Shown here piece after piece: positions 40,605 to 51,324 of a stretch of DNA of 64,000 bases. Under the pieces are notes generated by a model. It saw nothing but the letters and a program-made list of their open reading frames with translations. It searched no databases and was not told where the DNA came from. The DNA is from an uncultured Acidobacteriota bacterium (GTDB lineage Bacteria > Acidobacteriota > Thermoanaerobaculia > Multivoradales > JAHEKO01): positions 1-64,000 of the forward strand of contig CAVQNG010000001.1 of assembly GCA_963713825.1 (NCBI GenBank), given 5' to 3'. Position 1 is the first letter of the stretch; every line of letters begins with the position of its first letter. Made by a program: the position numbers and the translations under genes.

Positions 40605-40672
40605 CTCCCTTAATTCCCCCTCGATTCCCCCTTATTCCGAGGGATTCGGGGCCTGCCGGGGACACACAGAAT
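40605..40672 (+). promoter_or_regulatory. Conserved promoter motif, copy 3
   Basis: TAATTCCCCCTCGATTCCCCCTTATTCCGA-GGGAT(40641-45)-21 nt-CAGAAT. Confidence 0.75.
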
Positions 40673-40698
40673 GTAGCTGTGGCCCACGGAGGTGTGAG

Positions 40699-41670
40699 AT
40701 GAAGTTCGAAAGGTCGCTTTTCGCCAGCGTAATCGGCTGCTGCCTGGCTATCGCCTTGCTAGCCAGCCCGACCGAGGCCCAGTTCCTGGGTCACAACTTC
40801 ACCGGTGACATGGGTCTGATGTCCGGCACCCAAGGGCCACCCGGTTGGAATGTGGCGGCAGTGTATCTGCGCTACGACGGCGAGACCCTGCGTGGCCCTG
40901 ACGGGGAGTCGATCGCGATCGACCCTGACGAGCAGGGCTCGTTGGATGCCAACGCCTATGCGGTCGCCATCACCTGGGTTGCCGAGAAGAAGATCCTGGG
41001 CGGCAACTACAGCTTCGGGATCTTTCCCGCCTTCACCGACAACAGGTTCGAAGTGCCGATTCTCAGTCTGGATGAGAAGGTCGATACGGGCTTTACAGAT
41101 ATCTACATCCAGCCCATCAACCTCGGTTGGCACAAGGAGCGCGCCGACTACATCGCGGGTGTGGGGATCTATGCCCCCACGGGCAGCTACGACGTCAGCG
41201 CCGACGACAATCTCGGATTGGGAATGTGGAGCTTCGAGCTCTTCGGTGGGACCACGGTCTATCTCGACAAGGCCAAGAGCTGGCACTTCGCCACCTCGGC
41301 CTTCTACGAGATGCACTCCGAGAAGAAGGACACCGACATCAGAGTCGGCGACATCCTCACCCTCGAGGGCGGCCTGGGCAAGTCCTGGATGCAAGGTGCG
41401 CTGACCTTCGGGATCGCGTACTTCGCCCAGTGGAAGGTCACCGAGGACCGGGCCGGAGAGCTGCAGCCCATTCTCGACGAGCTCCAGCTCGGCAGACACC
41501 GGGGCTACGGTTTCGGACCGGAGCTGACCGTGCCGATCGCCACAAGCAAGAAGCTGATCGGCTTTATCAACGCTCGCTTCCTGTGGGAAACGGGCATCCG
41601 CAGCCAGCTGGAGGGAACTGTCTTCACCCTGGCCGCCTCGTTCCCGATACCGAGCATCGCGCTGCAATGA
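40699..41670 (+). CDS. SphA / Phenol_MetA_deg-family outer-membrane channel
   Basis: Signal peptide, GFTDIYIQPINLGWH, YAPTGSY, NLGLG, VGDILTLEGGLG, GPELT. Confidence 0.85.
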   Translation: MKFERSLFASVIGCCLAIALLASPTEAQFLGHNFTGDMGLMSGTQGPPGWNVAAVYLRYDGETLRGPDGESIAIDPDEQGSLDANAYAVAITWVAEKKILGGNYSFGIFPAFTDNRFEVPILSLDEKVDTGFTDIYIQPINLGWHKERADYIAGVGIYAPTGSYDVSADDNLGLGMWSFELFGGTTVYLDKAKSWHFATSAFYEMHSEKKDTDIRVGDILTLEGGLGKSWMQGALTFGIAYFAQWKVTEDRAGELQPILDELQLGRHRGYGFGPELTVPIATSKKLIGFINARFLWETGIRSQLEGTVFTLAASFPIPSIALQ

Positions 41671-41709
41671 GACCCCAGTTGGGTCTGAACATCAAGAAAG
41701 GACTATGAA

Positions 41710-42057
41710 ATGGGACTTTTTGGAGACGACAAGAGGCAGGACGAACAGATTGCGGCCCTGGAAGAGCATATCCGCATCCTGACCGAGACGGTTCAGGCCA
41801 ATCAGGTGGATCTCATTGAGGGCCGGATCGTTCTGCTGGCGCTGCAGGCGCAAATTAATGAGAAGGTGTCGGCAGCAGATGTCGACCCGACGATTGTTCA
41901 GCTCAACGAGGAGCTGACGACCGCACGGGATCAGCTCGAAGAGGCCACGGCCGCCGCCTCGGAGAGCTGGGCGACCCTGCAGCAGGGGGTCCGTGACGCG
42001 TTCGAGACGCTGCGTACCAGCGTTCGTCAGGCGGCGGAGAGGGTCAAGCAGAGCTGA
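41710..42057 (+). CDS. Small coiled-coil hypothetical protein
   Basis: AAAGGA RBS; helical heptads; ESWATLQQGVRDAF. Confidence 0.7.
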   Translation: MGLFGDDKRQDEQIAALEEHIRILTETVQANQVDLIEGRIVLLALQAQINEKVSAADVDPTIVQLNEELTTARDQLEEATAAASESWATLQQGVRDAFETLRTSVRQAAERVKQS

Positions 42058-42114
42058 CGCAGGCAGCACTCCTGACTCGACGTACAACCCAGAGGGTGTC
42101 GTAAGGAGGCCCCA

Positions 42115-42474
42115 ATGCCAGATCTGGAAGACCAAGCACTCGAGGTAGATTCGTCACAGGACCGTGCCGAGACAGAACCCTCGGGTATTGCTTTGCCGAG
42201 CTTGCAGTCCATAAGCTGGTCGCTCATCGCTGGCGGTGCCCTGGGTGCCCTCGCCAACCTGCTGACCGGCCGGCGCAGACTGATGGACTGGATTGTGCCC
42301 GTGAGTCTCCTCGGCCTCGGAGCCGGCGTGCTGCTCCAACAGCGTCAGACCCGATTGGAAGCTACTCAGCAGACCATCATCGCCGAGCTCGACGCCTTGG
42401 ACCCGATCGCCCGAGCTCAGGTGTTGCAAGCGGTCGCCAAGGAGCAGCTCGGCTGGGATTCCGACGACGACTAG
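42115..42474 (+). CDS. Small membrane hypothetical protein
   Basis: AAGGAGG RBS; two Gly-rich hydrophobic segments. Confidence 0.65.
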   Translation: MPDLEDQALEVDSSQDRAETEPSGIALPSLQSISWSLIAGGALGALANLLTGRRRLMDWIVPVSLLGLGAGVLLQQRQTRLEATQQTIIAELDALDPIARAQVLQAVAKEQLGWDSDDD

Positions 42475-42508
42475 GGCGTGTCCTGGTCGGCGAGCTCGAC
42501 GCCAAGTC

Positions 42509-43459
42509 GTGCACCGAGTAGTCATCGACCTGGCTCTCTTCCGCATGGACGGAGATTCGATTGTGCGGCTTTCTTGGCAGGTTCTGAAACCATCTGTAGC
42601 CAGATTCAATGCCGCGGATGCGCCAACTCACTCGGCCGCATTGTCGTACTCGATGATCTTCTCTCTCCCGCCCATGCTGTTCATCATCCTCTGGGCCGCT
42701 AGCTTTTTCTCCGACGAGAGGCTCGTGCGAGAGGCAGTCTTTTCCGAGTTTGGAGGGCTGGTCGGTGAGGAGGGAGCAAGCCAGGTGATGGCAACGTTGG
42801 AAAGGATCGAGTTTCGTCGGCCTGGTTGGTGGGCTACCGCTGTCGCTGCGATTACCATGCTGTTGACCGCCTCCACGGTAATGGTCTCCGGGCAGAAGGC
42901 GCTCAACCGCATCTTCAGAGTTGAGTCTGATCAGCCAGCGAATCTGGGCCTCTGGCGATTCGTTCGTGACAGGGTGGTGTCCTTCGCGATGTTGGTGACG
43001 CTCGCCTTCATCCTGTCGGTCTCGTTGATACTCGGGACACTCGTCAACCATTTGGGGACATGGCTGGGGAACTGTATCGGGCCGCTGTCGGGCTGGGTGA
43101 CGGCCCTTGACTCGGCCCTGCTGGATCTCGGTGCCATGACGCTGCTGTTCGCAATGCTGTTCCGCTATCTGCCCGACATTCAGCTGCCCTGGAAAGAGAC
43201 CTGGTTGGGAGCCCTGCTGACGGCGGCCCTTTTCGCGGTCGGCAAGTCCCTGATCGGTCTGCTTATCGGCCGCAGCGAGATTGCCAGCCTGTACGACGCC
43301 GCAGGCAGCGTTCTTGTGCTCATGCTGTGGGTGTACTACGCTGCGGCCATCTTCCTCTTCGGAGCCAGCATCACCGCGGTCCGCGCCGAGATGTCGGAGA
43401 CGGCGGCAGGAGCCGTCAAAGCAGAATTCAGTGCCGGAATCAGGGCAGGAGGAGAGTAG
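42509..43459 (+). CDS. YihY/BrkB-family membrane protein
   Basis: SAALSYSMIFSLPP, ALNRIF, FRYLPD, YDAAGSVLVLMLWVYY; the start may be 42545. Confidence 0.9.
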   Translation: MHRVVIDLALFRMDGDSIVRLSWQVLKPSVARFNAADAPTHSAALSYSMIFSLPPMLFIILWAASFFSDERLVREAVFSEFGGLVGEEGASQVMATLERIEFRRPGWWATAVAAITMLLTASTVMVSGQKALNRIFRVESDQPANLGLWRFVRDRVVSFAMLVTLAFILSVSLILGTLVNHLGTWLGNCIGPLSGWVTALDSALLDLGAMTLLFAMLFRYLPDIQLPWKETWLGALLTAALFAVGKSLIGLLIGRSEIASLYDAAGSVLVLMLWVYYAAAIFLFGASITAVRAEMSETAAGAVKAEFSAGIRAGGE

Positions 43460-43488
43460 CCCAGCATGACGACCAGGAGGAAACGGCC

Positions 43489-43674
43489 ATGACACACGTT
43501 CGTATCATTCTCAACGGTAAAGGGGCCGCCAACCCTCAGGTTCGCGCGGCCATTGAGCGGATTCGAGAACAGGGGCAGACGCTCGAGGTGCGGGCCACCT
43601 GGGAAGGCGGCGACGCCGCCCGGTATGCGCAGAAGGCGCTGCACGATGGTGTGGGAGGTTCAAAGGCACAATGA
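43489..43674 (+). pseudogene. Truncated YegS-like lipid kinase (N-terminal ~55 aa only)
   Basis: AGGAGG RBS; RIILNGKGAANPQVRAAI...EVRATWEGGDAARY, ending before the GGDG motif. Confidence 0.75.
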
Positions 43675-44264
43675 AGACGACGGCGACCTCGCGACCGTCC
43701 TTGGGTAGCCTGCTCAAACGATACAGGTGGCTGTATCTGCTGGGCTGGCTGTTTCTGGCCTTGATCGCGCTGCTCGCGCAGTGGCTGGGCCCGGCGCTAT
43801 TCGAGCAGCTGCGTTGGCTCGTGGATCAAGTGGCGCCGTCTGCGTCCCTGGGGTGGAAGATCGCGCTGGCTGTTGTCGCTTTGATGGTCGCTCCCATGGC
43901 GGCTGGCATCGTCGCCCAGTTCCTGCTGGGTTACCTCAAAGGGCGAAGCAGCTCGAATGCGCTCCTGCAGATGCAGGAGAAGCTGTTCGCCGAGATCGAA
44001 CCGGGCGACGAGCGCGGCTATCAGGTGGCCTTGCTCGCCTGGCCCAACCCTCAGGTTCGAACCCTGGCGCTGGTGACCGCCACGTTCGAAGAGTCGGCCA
44101 CTGGCCGTCAACTCGCCGCCGTCTATCTCCCCGGCACACCGGACCCGACCAAGGGCTCGATCAAGGTCGTCGCGCTGGACGACCTTACTCTCATCGGTTG
44201 GACCCTGGACGACGTCACCTCGTTCCACCTCACCTTCGGCTCGGTCAGCCCCGGAAGCTGCTGA
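43671..44264 (+). CDS. DUF502-like membrane protein
   Basis: Two TM segments, VALLAWPN, AVYLPGTPDPTKG. Confidence 0.75.
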   Translation: MKTTATSRPSLGSLLKRYRWLYLLGWLFLALIALLAQWLGPALFEQLRWLVDQVAPSASLGWKIALAVVALMVAPMAAGIVAQFLLGYLKGRSSSNALLQMQEKLFAEIEPGDERGYQVALLAWPNPQVRTLALVTATFEESATGRQLAAVYLPGTPDPTKGSIKVVALDDLTLIGWTLDDVTSFHLTFGSVSPGSC

Positions 44265-44273
44265 GGCTCCCTC

Positions 44274-46727
44274 ATGAACGTCCAACGACTCGCGACAAAC
44301 TGCACCATCGGCGGCTGTCTGGCTGTCGCGCTATTGGCGGCGATAGCGGGGACGCCGGTCGCGGCCCAGAGCGAGCCCGAAATCGCGACGCTGCCACCCG
44401 ATTCGGCTGCCGGGCCGAGCCCGATCCCGGATGTCGACATCAGTGCCCGGTCCGCCTTGGCACGGGAGCTGGAACGGGGCGCCGAGTCGAAGATCACGCC
44501 GGATGAGCGCCTGACCCAGATCGAGCAGGCCTTGCCAGTCGAGCAGCAGCGCATCGCCGCGCTGGTAGGGCAGACCGACGAGCTCCTCGAGACCGCCGGG
44601 AGCACGTCGCTGATCCGGGAGACCGAAAAGGCCTCGGTGCGGTCCCGAGACCGTCTCGACCGCTGGATGCGGGACCTCTCGGCGCGCACGAATGCCCGGG
44701 CATCGACGCTCGAGGAGCTGCAGGAGGAACGGTCGGTCTGGGAGCTGACGCGGGACCTCGAGCGCGAGGACCCGCTGCCCGAAGCGCTGGAGAACGAGAT
44801 CACGGAGGTCATCGATCTCCTTCGGGCCGGCGAAACCCGCGCCCGCACGGCAAGAGATTCGGTGCTCGCGCTGCAAGCCAGTATCGCGCGGCAGCAGAGC
44901 GTGCTCGAGGAGATCCTAACGCGTCAGCGAGAAGAGGTCTCGCGGCGCACAACGGCGATCTTCGAGGTCGACAGCCCTCCGTTGTGGAAGGTGCTGCGCG
45001 CCCCTGCCGAGCGGGGAGGGGTTGTCGATCAGGTCCGGATTCTCGTGCAGCGGCAGTGGCAGGACCTGCGCGGCTACGTCGCCGAGGAGGGAGCCCGCCT
45101 GTCTGCCTGGTTGTTTCTCTGGGTTGCCCTGGCGGCCTTGCTGATCTCTTTGCGCCACCGGTCGAAGGCGTGGGTGCAGAAGGATCCGTCGCTGGATCGA
45201 GCGGTCTCCTTGCTCGATCGGCCGATTGCCGCAGCGGCGGTGCTGATTCTGGCCCTGACCAACATCGTCGACATCCAGGCACCCACGGCTTGGTTGGACG
45301 TGCTCAACCTGGTACTGGTGTTGGCCCTGCTGTTCTTGCTCCTCGGGGTGTTGGACAAGTCCCTGCACCGCATGCTGTATCTCCTGATCCCGCTCTACTT
45401 CTTCTTCCAACTGGTCAATCTGGCGCCGGTCGCATCCCTCGTCCACCGCCTGGCCATCCTGGCCTTGGGCCTCGTCGGGGTCGTGTACTGCGTCTGGTTC
45501 TTGCGGGTCTTGCGCGCAGACCCCGATCGGTTACCACCGGCCTGGCAGCGAGCTCTGGAGCGCGGGATGCGCCTGGCGATCTTGCTCTACGCCGCGGGAA
45601 TGATCGCCAACGTTCTCGGTAGCGTTCGCCTGGGAGCCTTGGCCGTCGTGGGAACCACCGATGCGGTCTTCACCGGGATTATCCTCTGGGTCGTCAGCGC
45701 GCTCTTGCGATCCATTGTCCGCGTCACCCTCGTCACCAAGAGCGCACATCGTCTCGGCATCGCCCCTGAGCACACGGATGCGGTGCGCGACCAGCTGTTT
45801 CGCCTGATCAGCCTGGTCGCCGTGATCGTCTTCGGTGTCTTTGCTCTCAGAGGCTTCACGCTCTACGAGCCGGTGGCAGACAGGGTCAGGAGCATCCTGG
45901 GCGCCGAGCTCTCCATCGGTGAGTTCTCGCTCAGCTTGGGGGCTGTCCTGACCTTCGTCCTCATCATCTGGCTGTCGGCCAAGCTTGCGGCGCTGGTGGA
46001 ATTCGTGCTCGGCAAGCTCCTCCTGCCACGGACGCGGTTGTCGCAGGGAGCAGCGCATGCTGTCTCTCGGGTCAGCCGCTACACCGTGATCTTCTTCGGC
46101 TTGCTGGTGGCCATCAAGGCCCTCGGCTTCGATATCAGTCAGGCGGCGATCGTGGCGGGCGGTCTCGGGGTCGGCATCGGCTTCGGCCTCCAAAACGTGG
46201 TCAGCAACTTCGTCTCCGGCCTGATCCTGCTCTTCGAGCGGCCGATCCGGGTGGGCGACATCATCGAGGTGGGGACGACGAGCGGCCAAGTGATAGAGAT
46301 CGGCATGCGGGCCACTGTGGTCAGTACCTGGAGGGGCTCGGAGCTGATCGTCCCCAACTCCAAGCTCATCGCTTCGGATGTCGACAACTGGACCTTGCAT
46401 CACGATCGGCGACGGCTCGAGATCCCGGTCGGGGTCGCGTACGGCACCGATCCGGAGGTCGTGGCGAAGCTGCTCGTAGATATAGCAGCGCGTCACCCCA
46501 GGATCGACGCCTTCCCCGAGCCGCAATGTCTTTTCCTGGGATTCGGCGAGAGCTCGCTGGATTTCCAGCTACGCGCCTGGGCAGAGGCAGGCGAATACTT
46601 CGGGATCGAGAGCGAGCTGCGGTTCACCATTACCCGAGCTCTGGACGAAGCCGGCATCACGATCCCCTTCCCGCAACGCGACCTGCACCTCCATCCCGCG
46701 GGCGGGCAGCTGCCGGCCGATTCCTGA
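44274..46727 (+). CDS. Large MscS/MscK-like mechanosensitive channel
   Basis: Signal peptide, periplasmic coiled coil, many TMs, GIGFGLQNVVSNFVSGLILLFERPIRVGD, PFPQRDLH. Confidence 0.92.
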   Translation: MNVQRLATNCTIGGCLAVALLAAIAGTPVAAQSEPEIATLPPDSAAGPSPIPDVDISARSALARELERGAESKITPDERLTQIEQALPVEQQRIAALVGQTDELLETAGSTSLIRETEKASVRSRDRLDRWMRDLSARTNARASTLEELQEERSVWELTRDLEREDPLPEALENEITEVIDLLRAGETRARTARDSVLALQASIARQQSVLEEILTRQREEVSRRTTAIFEVDSPPLWKVLRAPAERGGVVDQVRILVQRQWQDLRGYVAEEGARLSAWLFLWVALAALLISLRHRSKAWVQKDPSLDRAVSLLDRPIAAAAVLILALTNIVDIQAPTAWLDVLNLVLVLALLFLLLGVLDKSLHRMLYLLIPLYFFFQLVNLAPVASLVHRLAILALGLVGVVYCVWFLRVLRADPDRLPPAWQRALERGMRLAILLYAAGMIANVLGSVRLGALAVVGTTDAVFTGIILWVVSALLRSIVRVTLVTKSAHRLGIAPEHTDAVRDQLFRLISLVAVIVFGVFALRGFTLYEPVADRVRSILGAELSIGEFSLSLGAVLTFVLIIWLSAKLAALVEFVLGKLLLPRTRLSQGAAHAVSRVSRYTVIFFGLLVAIKALGFDISQAAIVAGGLGVGIGFGLQNVVSNFVSGLILLFERPIRVGDIIEVGTTSGQVIEIGMRATVVSTWRGSELIVPNSKLIASDVDNWTLHHDRRRLEIPVGVAYGTDPEVVAKLLVDIAARHPRIDAFPEPQCLFLGFGESSLDFQLRAWAEAGEYFGIESELRFTITRALDEAGITIPFPQRDLHLHPAGGQLPADS

Positions 46728-46742
46728 CCCGACCCGGATCCG

Positions 46743-46812
46743 AACCCCCTCATTTCCCCCTCGATTCCCACTTGTTTCAAGGGATTCGTAGTGATCTGCG
46801 GTGCATCAGCAT
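46743..46812 (+). promoter_or_regulatory. Conserved promoter motif, copy 4
   Basis: CCCCCTCATTTCCCCCTCGATTCCCACTTGTTTCAA-GGGAT(46781-85)-21 nt-CAGCAT. Confidence 0.75.
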
Positions 46813-46877
46813 AAATAGCACTGCGAATCTCATCTGGCGGAGTCAAGCGCCCAGACAGGACCGTAAGGAGGACGATC

Positions 46878-48479
46878 ATGGATGAGTATCGAAGCAAGAC
46901 GTGGCGGCAGGTCACCTGGATTGCGGGTGTATGGGTGCTGGTGGCCGCGAGTCTGATCGCCGTCGGCTGTGCACCTCAGGGGTCGCCTGAAGGTGAAACC
47001 ACTGCAGCGGCAGCGGCCGAGCCGGCGCCACCGACCCAGATGAAGATGACCACGGCAATTCCGGAATCGATCACCACTCCGGACAGGGTGGAAACCTCCA
47101 TCGGGACCTTCGAGTTCTTCGATGGCGTGCCCACCAAGAAGAGCACGGAAATGGCCTATGACTTTTTGGACAAGGTCAATGCCTACAAGGCACTTCTCAG
47201 CACCATTCCCACCGTTTCCATCAACGAGCTGCGCCGGGGCCAGGCGGCGGTCGGTGCGAAGACCAGCAACCAGATCTGCATCTACGACACGCTGATGGAT
47301 TCGAAGTCGCTCGTCCTGACCGGGAACACCTCCACCATGTATGCGCTGGGCTTCCTCGACCTGGAGAAGGACGGCCCCACGGTGATCGAGCTGCCGCCCG
47401 GCATGCTCGGCGTGCTCAACGACATGGGCTTCCTGCACATGACGGACCTCGGTGCGGCCGGCCCCGACAAGGGCAAGGGCGGCAAATACCTGGTGCTGCC
47501 TCCCGGCTACGAGGGTGACGTGCCCAAAGGCTATTTCGTCGTGCAGTCCAAGACCTACAACGTCTGGAACTTCATGCGCGGCTACCTGGACAAAGGCGTG
47601 AAAGCGGCGTCCGACAATATCCGCAACAACCTCAAGGTCTATCCACTGAGCCGCGCCGCGGATCAGCCGACCATGGAGTTCATCAATGTCTCCGGCAAAG
47701 AGATGAACACCGTTCTCCCGACGGATTACACCTTCTTTGAGCGCATCAACGAGGTGGTCCAGAAAGAGCCGGAAGGCTTTCTCGACCTCGAGGTCCTCGG
47801 CCTGTTGCGGTCCATCGGCATCGTCAAGGGTCAGCCCTTCAATCCGGATGCCCGCATGAAGGCAATCCTGACCGATGCGGCAGCCATCGCAGAGGCCACG
47901 GCGCGGACCATCACTTACTACCCGCGCGTGGCCGGTCAATACGCCTGGGGCGACATGGAAGGGGCCTGGGTCGTACCGTTTGCCGATAATGATTCCACCT
48001 GGATCGAAAACAGCGCCCGGAAGATCGAGAACCAGATCTACTACCACTACAACTGCATCGTGGTGACGCCGGCGATGGCCGCGGCTCCGGATCCTGGCAA
48101 GGGCTCCGAGTACGTATTTGCCTCGCTGGACACGGAGAAGAAGATCCTGGAGGGCTCCAAGAGCTACAAGATGACCCTGCCCGCGAATGTCCCCGTTGCG
48201 GACTTCTGGGCAATCACCCTCTACGACACGCAGACGCGCTCGCAGCTGCAGACCGACCAGCAGTTTCCGACGCTGGACACCTACACCGAAGGGTTGCAGA
48301 AGAACGAGGACGGCTCGTACACCATCTATTTCGGGCCCGAGGCACCCGCGGGCCAGGAAAGCAACTGGCTTCAGACCATTCCCGGCAAGAGCTGGTTCAT
48401 TGCCCTGCGTATCTATGGACCCGAACAGCCCTGGATCGAAGGCGCATGGCGGCCGAGCGACGTCGAGCTGGTCGCATAA
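46878..48479 (+). CDS. DUF1254/DUF1214 lipoprotein (paralogue 2)
   Basis: AVGC lipobox, LTGNTSTMY, GPDKGKGGKY, FWAITLYD, LRIYGP. Confidence 0.9.
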   Translation: MDEYRSKTWRQVTWIAGVWVLVAASLIAVGCAPQGSPEGETTAAAAAEPAPPTQMKMTTAIPESITTPDRVETSIGTFEFFDGVPTKKSTEMAYDFLDKVNAYKALLSTIPTVSINELRRGQAAVGAKTSNQICIYDTLMDSKSLVLTGNTSTMYALGFLDLEKDGPTVIELPPGMLGVLNDMGFLHMTDLGAAGPDKGKGGKYLVLPPGYEGDVPKGYFVVQSKTYNVWNFMRGYLDKGVKAASDNIRNNLKVYPLSRAADQPTMEFINVSGKEMNTVLPTDYTFFERINEVVQKEPEGFLDLEVLGLLRSIGIVKGQPFNPDARMKAILTDAAAIAEATARTITYYPRVAGQYAWGDMEGAWVVPFADNDSTWIENSARKIENQIYYHYNCIVVTPAMAAAPDPGKGSEYVFASLDTEKKILEGSKSYKMTLPANVPVADFWAITLYDTQTRSQLQTDQQFPTLDTYTEGLQKNEDGSYTIYFGPEAPAGQESNWLQTIPGKSWFIALRIYGPEQPWIEGAWRPSDVELVA

Positions 48480-48493
48480 GAACCCAGGACGTT

Positions 48494-48522
48494 TAGAGGG
48501 CGGGGTTTATCCCCGCCCTCTA
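48494..48522. terminator. GC-rich hairpin (terminator or REP-like)
   Basis: TAGAGGGCGGGG-TTTAT-CCCCGCCCTCTA perfect 12-bp stem after the stop codon; no U-tract. Confidence 0.5.
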
Positions 48523-48652
48523 CAACGACCCGAGAATGAGAGATGAAATACAACGAAGTCACTGAGAACCGCCCTGGCCGTATTGACGGCCTTCTGCTTG
48601 ATCGGCGCCGCATCGCCGAGCCCGAGAGCTGATCTGAAAGGAACCGTTGTCG

Positions 48653-49491
48653 ATGAAAATCACATCACCCATCAAGGTTGTCTTGGCCGGGCTGGTAGCG
48701 GCCGGGCTGGCGCTTCCGGTCCAGGCGCAGGAGGACAACACCGGCACCAACCCGGTCAACTTCACCTACGACTTCCGGCTGTATGCCGAGATGGCGAGCC
48801 TGCCGATCGACGACAGCTCGCTGATCACCAACACCGTCGAGCTCCGCTGGCCCTTCGGCCGCGACGTCGCCAACCTCAAGGGGGTGGGAGCCGGCAGCTT
48901 GTACCACGACCTGGGCAGTCGGTTCGGGACGCGCGTCCGGGCACGCTACTCGAACCTCAGCGTCGACGTGCCGGGTTCGAATACGTACACGCGTCTCGGG
49001 GATCGGCGATATGGATGCGCGGCTTCTGTACCTGCCGTACATCGGCAAGAAGACGATCCTCGCGGTCGGTCTCGAGGGCTTCTTCGCCACCGCTACCAAC
49101 GACGCCCTCGGGTCCGGCAGGACCTCGCTCGGACCGACCGTGATCGGGGTCTTTCCCGGTCTGGTTGGCCGCGGGAAGCCTTTTCGCGCCCGCCTACCAG
49201 TACGTGTTCGACGTCGGCGGCTCGAGCGATCGCGCCGACATCAGCCGCAGCCAGCTCGACCTCTACTTCGTGTGGACGCTTGCCGGCGGCAAGAACTGGC
49301 TGATCGTCGATCCGCAGGTCATCTTCGACCACGAGAACGACAGGACACCGGCGCTGACAGAGATCGAGTGGGGCTTCATGATCGCGCCCAAGGTCGGCAT
49401 CAGTGGCTGGCTGCGCCCAGGGGCCGGGATCGGCGCAGACCGGCTCTACGACTGGAACCTCGAGGCGGGCATCAAGTTCGTCTGGCGGTGA
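48653..49491 (+). pseudogene. Exported beta-barrel-like protein, frameshifted near 48990 and 49176
   Basis: Signal peptide + NTGTNPVNF; continues GIGDMDAR... and then SLFAPAYQY...WNLEAGIKFVWR in successive frames. Confidence 0.65.
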
Positions 49492-49716
49492 GGAAGCGAA
49501 GGGTCAACGAATCAAGAGTTGGAGGTAGAGATGAAGCAGTCGCTCGAGGAGCACCCGCACCCACCCGGGGTTTCCTTGACGGAAACCGGGCCATAGAGGC
49601 GACGATGACCCTTGATTCGCAATCGGTGCGCAGGCTGAATGTTCCGCCGGCCTTGTCCGACCCGGAATACTCGGCCTACTCGTTGAGAAAAGATTGAAAG
49701 GAGAAGGAGAGATACT

Positions 49717-51194
49717 ATGAAAAACAAAATTACCAACCGAACCCTGCTGGCAGGACTGCTGGCAATCGCGCTGATATCTTCCGCTGGTGCGGCCGATAAG
49801 CCCAATGTAGTAATTATGCTGTCAGACAACATGGGATACGGTGACTTAGGCAGCTACGGCAGCGGCGGTGAGCTTCGGGGCATGCCGACGCCACGCATCG
49901 ACCAGCTGGCAAGCGAAGGGCTCATGCTCACTCAGTTTTTCGTGGAGCCGGGCTGTACACCGACCCGCGCGGCTTTGCTGACAGGCAGATATTCTCAACG
50001 TGCAGGATTGGGAAGCATTATTATTGCCGGTACACCCAGCACACTTCAGGATAGTGAGGTGACGCTTGCCGAACTGTTCAAATCAAAAGACTACGCCACT
50101 GCCATTGTGGGTAAATGGCATCTGGGTGAAGAAAAGCAAAGCCTGCCCATTCACCAGGGCTTTGATGAATACCATGTTGGGATTTTACAAACCACCGACG
50201 GTACATTGTATCCGGATGGTATGCGTAGAAGCGGTATACCGGAGGCAGAAATTGCCAAATCGCAATGCCTCTATCTGGGAATCAGAACCCGGAAAGGATG
50301 TGTTGAAAAAGGTCCGTCCCTACGATCTTGAATACAGGCGGCATATCGAAGGTGACATAGCGCAAGCCTCCGTGAAGTACATCAAAGAACAGGCAAAAGA
50401 AAAGAAACCATTCTTTCTTTATGTGGGATGGTCACATGTGCATTATCCGGCCTTGCCTCATCCCGACTTTGAAGGGAAATCGAGTGCCGGGCTTTTTGGT
50501 GATGCTGTGATGGAACTTGACTACCGTACAGGACAGGTGCTTGACGCCATAAAGGAGGCCGGCATTGAAGACAACACCATCGTTATATGGCTTTCCGACA
50601 ATGGGCCGGCTACAACCCAGGGGTCCAACAACGATTTCCTGGGCAGTTCACCCGGACCGTTCCGTGGAGAGGTTGGTGATGCACTTGAGGGGTCACTGCG
50701 CGTTCCGGGAATGATCAAATGGCCAGAAAAGATCAAACCGGCGAAGAGCAACGAGATGGTAGCTATCCACGACTTTTACCCTACATTGGCCAATATTATC
50801 GGGGCTAAAGTACCAACTGACCGTGCCATTGATGGCGTCGATCAGGGTGATTTCTTCCTAGGCAAAAACAAGCAGTCAGCGCGCGAAAGCCTGATCACGT
50901 TCATGGAAGGCGAGGTTGCTGCAGTGCGCTGGAAGCAGTGGCGGATTTATCCAAAGCAATTCATTTCATCTGCTGGCAACCCGTCCCTCATGGGCGTGGG
51001 CGGCTATCGTGCCGAGGGGATGGGTTATCCTTCTATTTATAATATTGCCCGTGATCCACGGGAACAATGGAACCAGAGTTGCAGTCTCTGCCTTTGTGCT
51101 CGGACCGTATATGAAGATTGTGGGCGAATACCAGAAGTCACTGGAAAAATATCCCAATCCACCAGCCTTCAGCATGACAAAATTTGCGAAGTAA
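49717..51194 (+). pseudogene. Arylsulfatase with two single-base frameshifts (about 50266 and 51077)
   Basis: SDNMGYGD, CTPTRAALLTGR, GKWHLG / SDNGP, EGSLRVP, DGVD / C-terminal helix, split over three frames. Confidence 0.85.
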
Positions 51195-51324
51195 CGAGGG
51201 CAAGAAAGCATTGCATGCTGCGCCGGGGATTATCCTTGGCGCAGCATACATGACTAAAAAAGAAAATTGGAGTCTTAATAATGTCAAACATCCTCAAGGC
51301 GATGGGGCAGGAACGGGCTCATAC

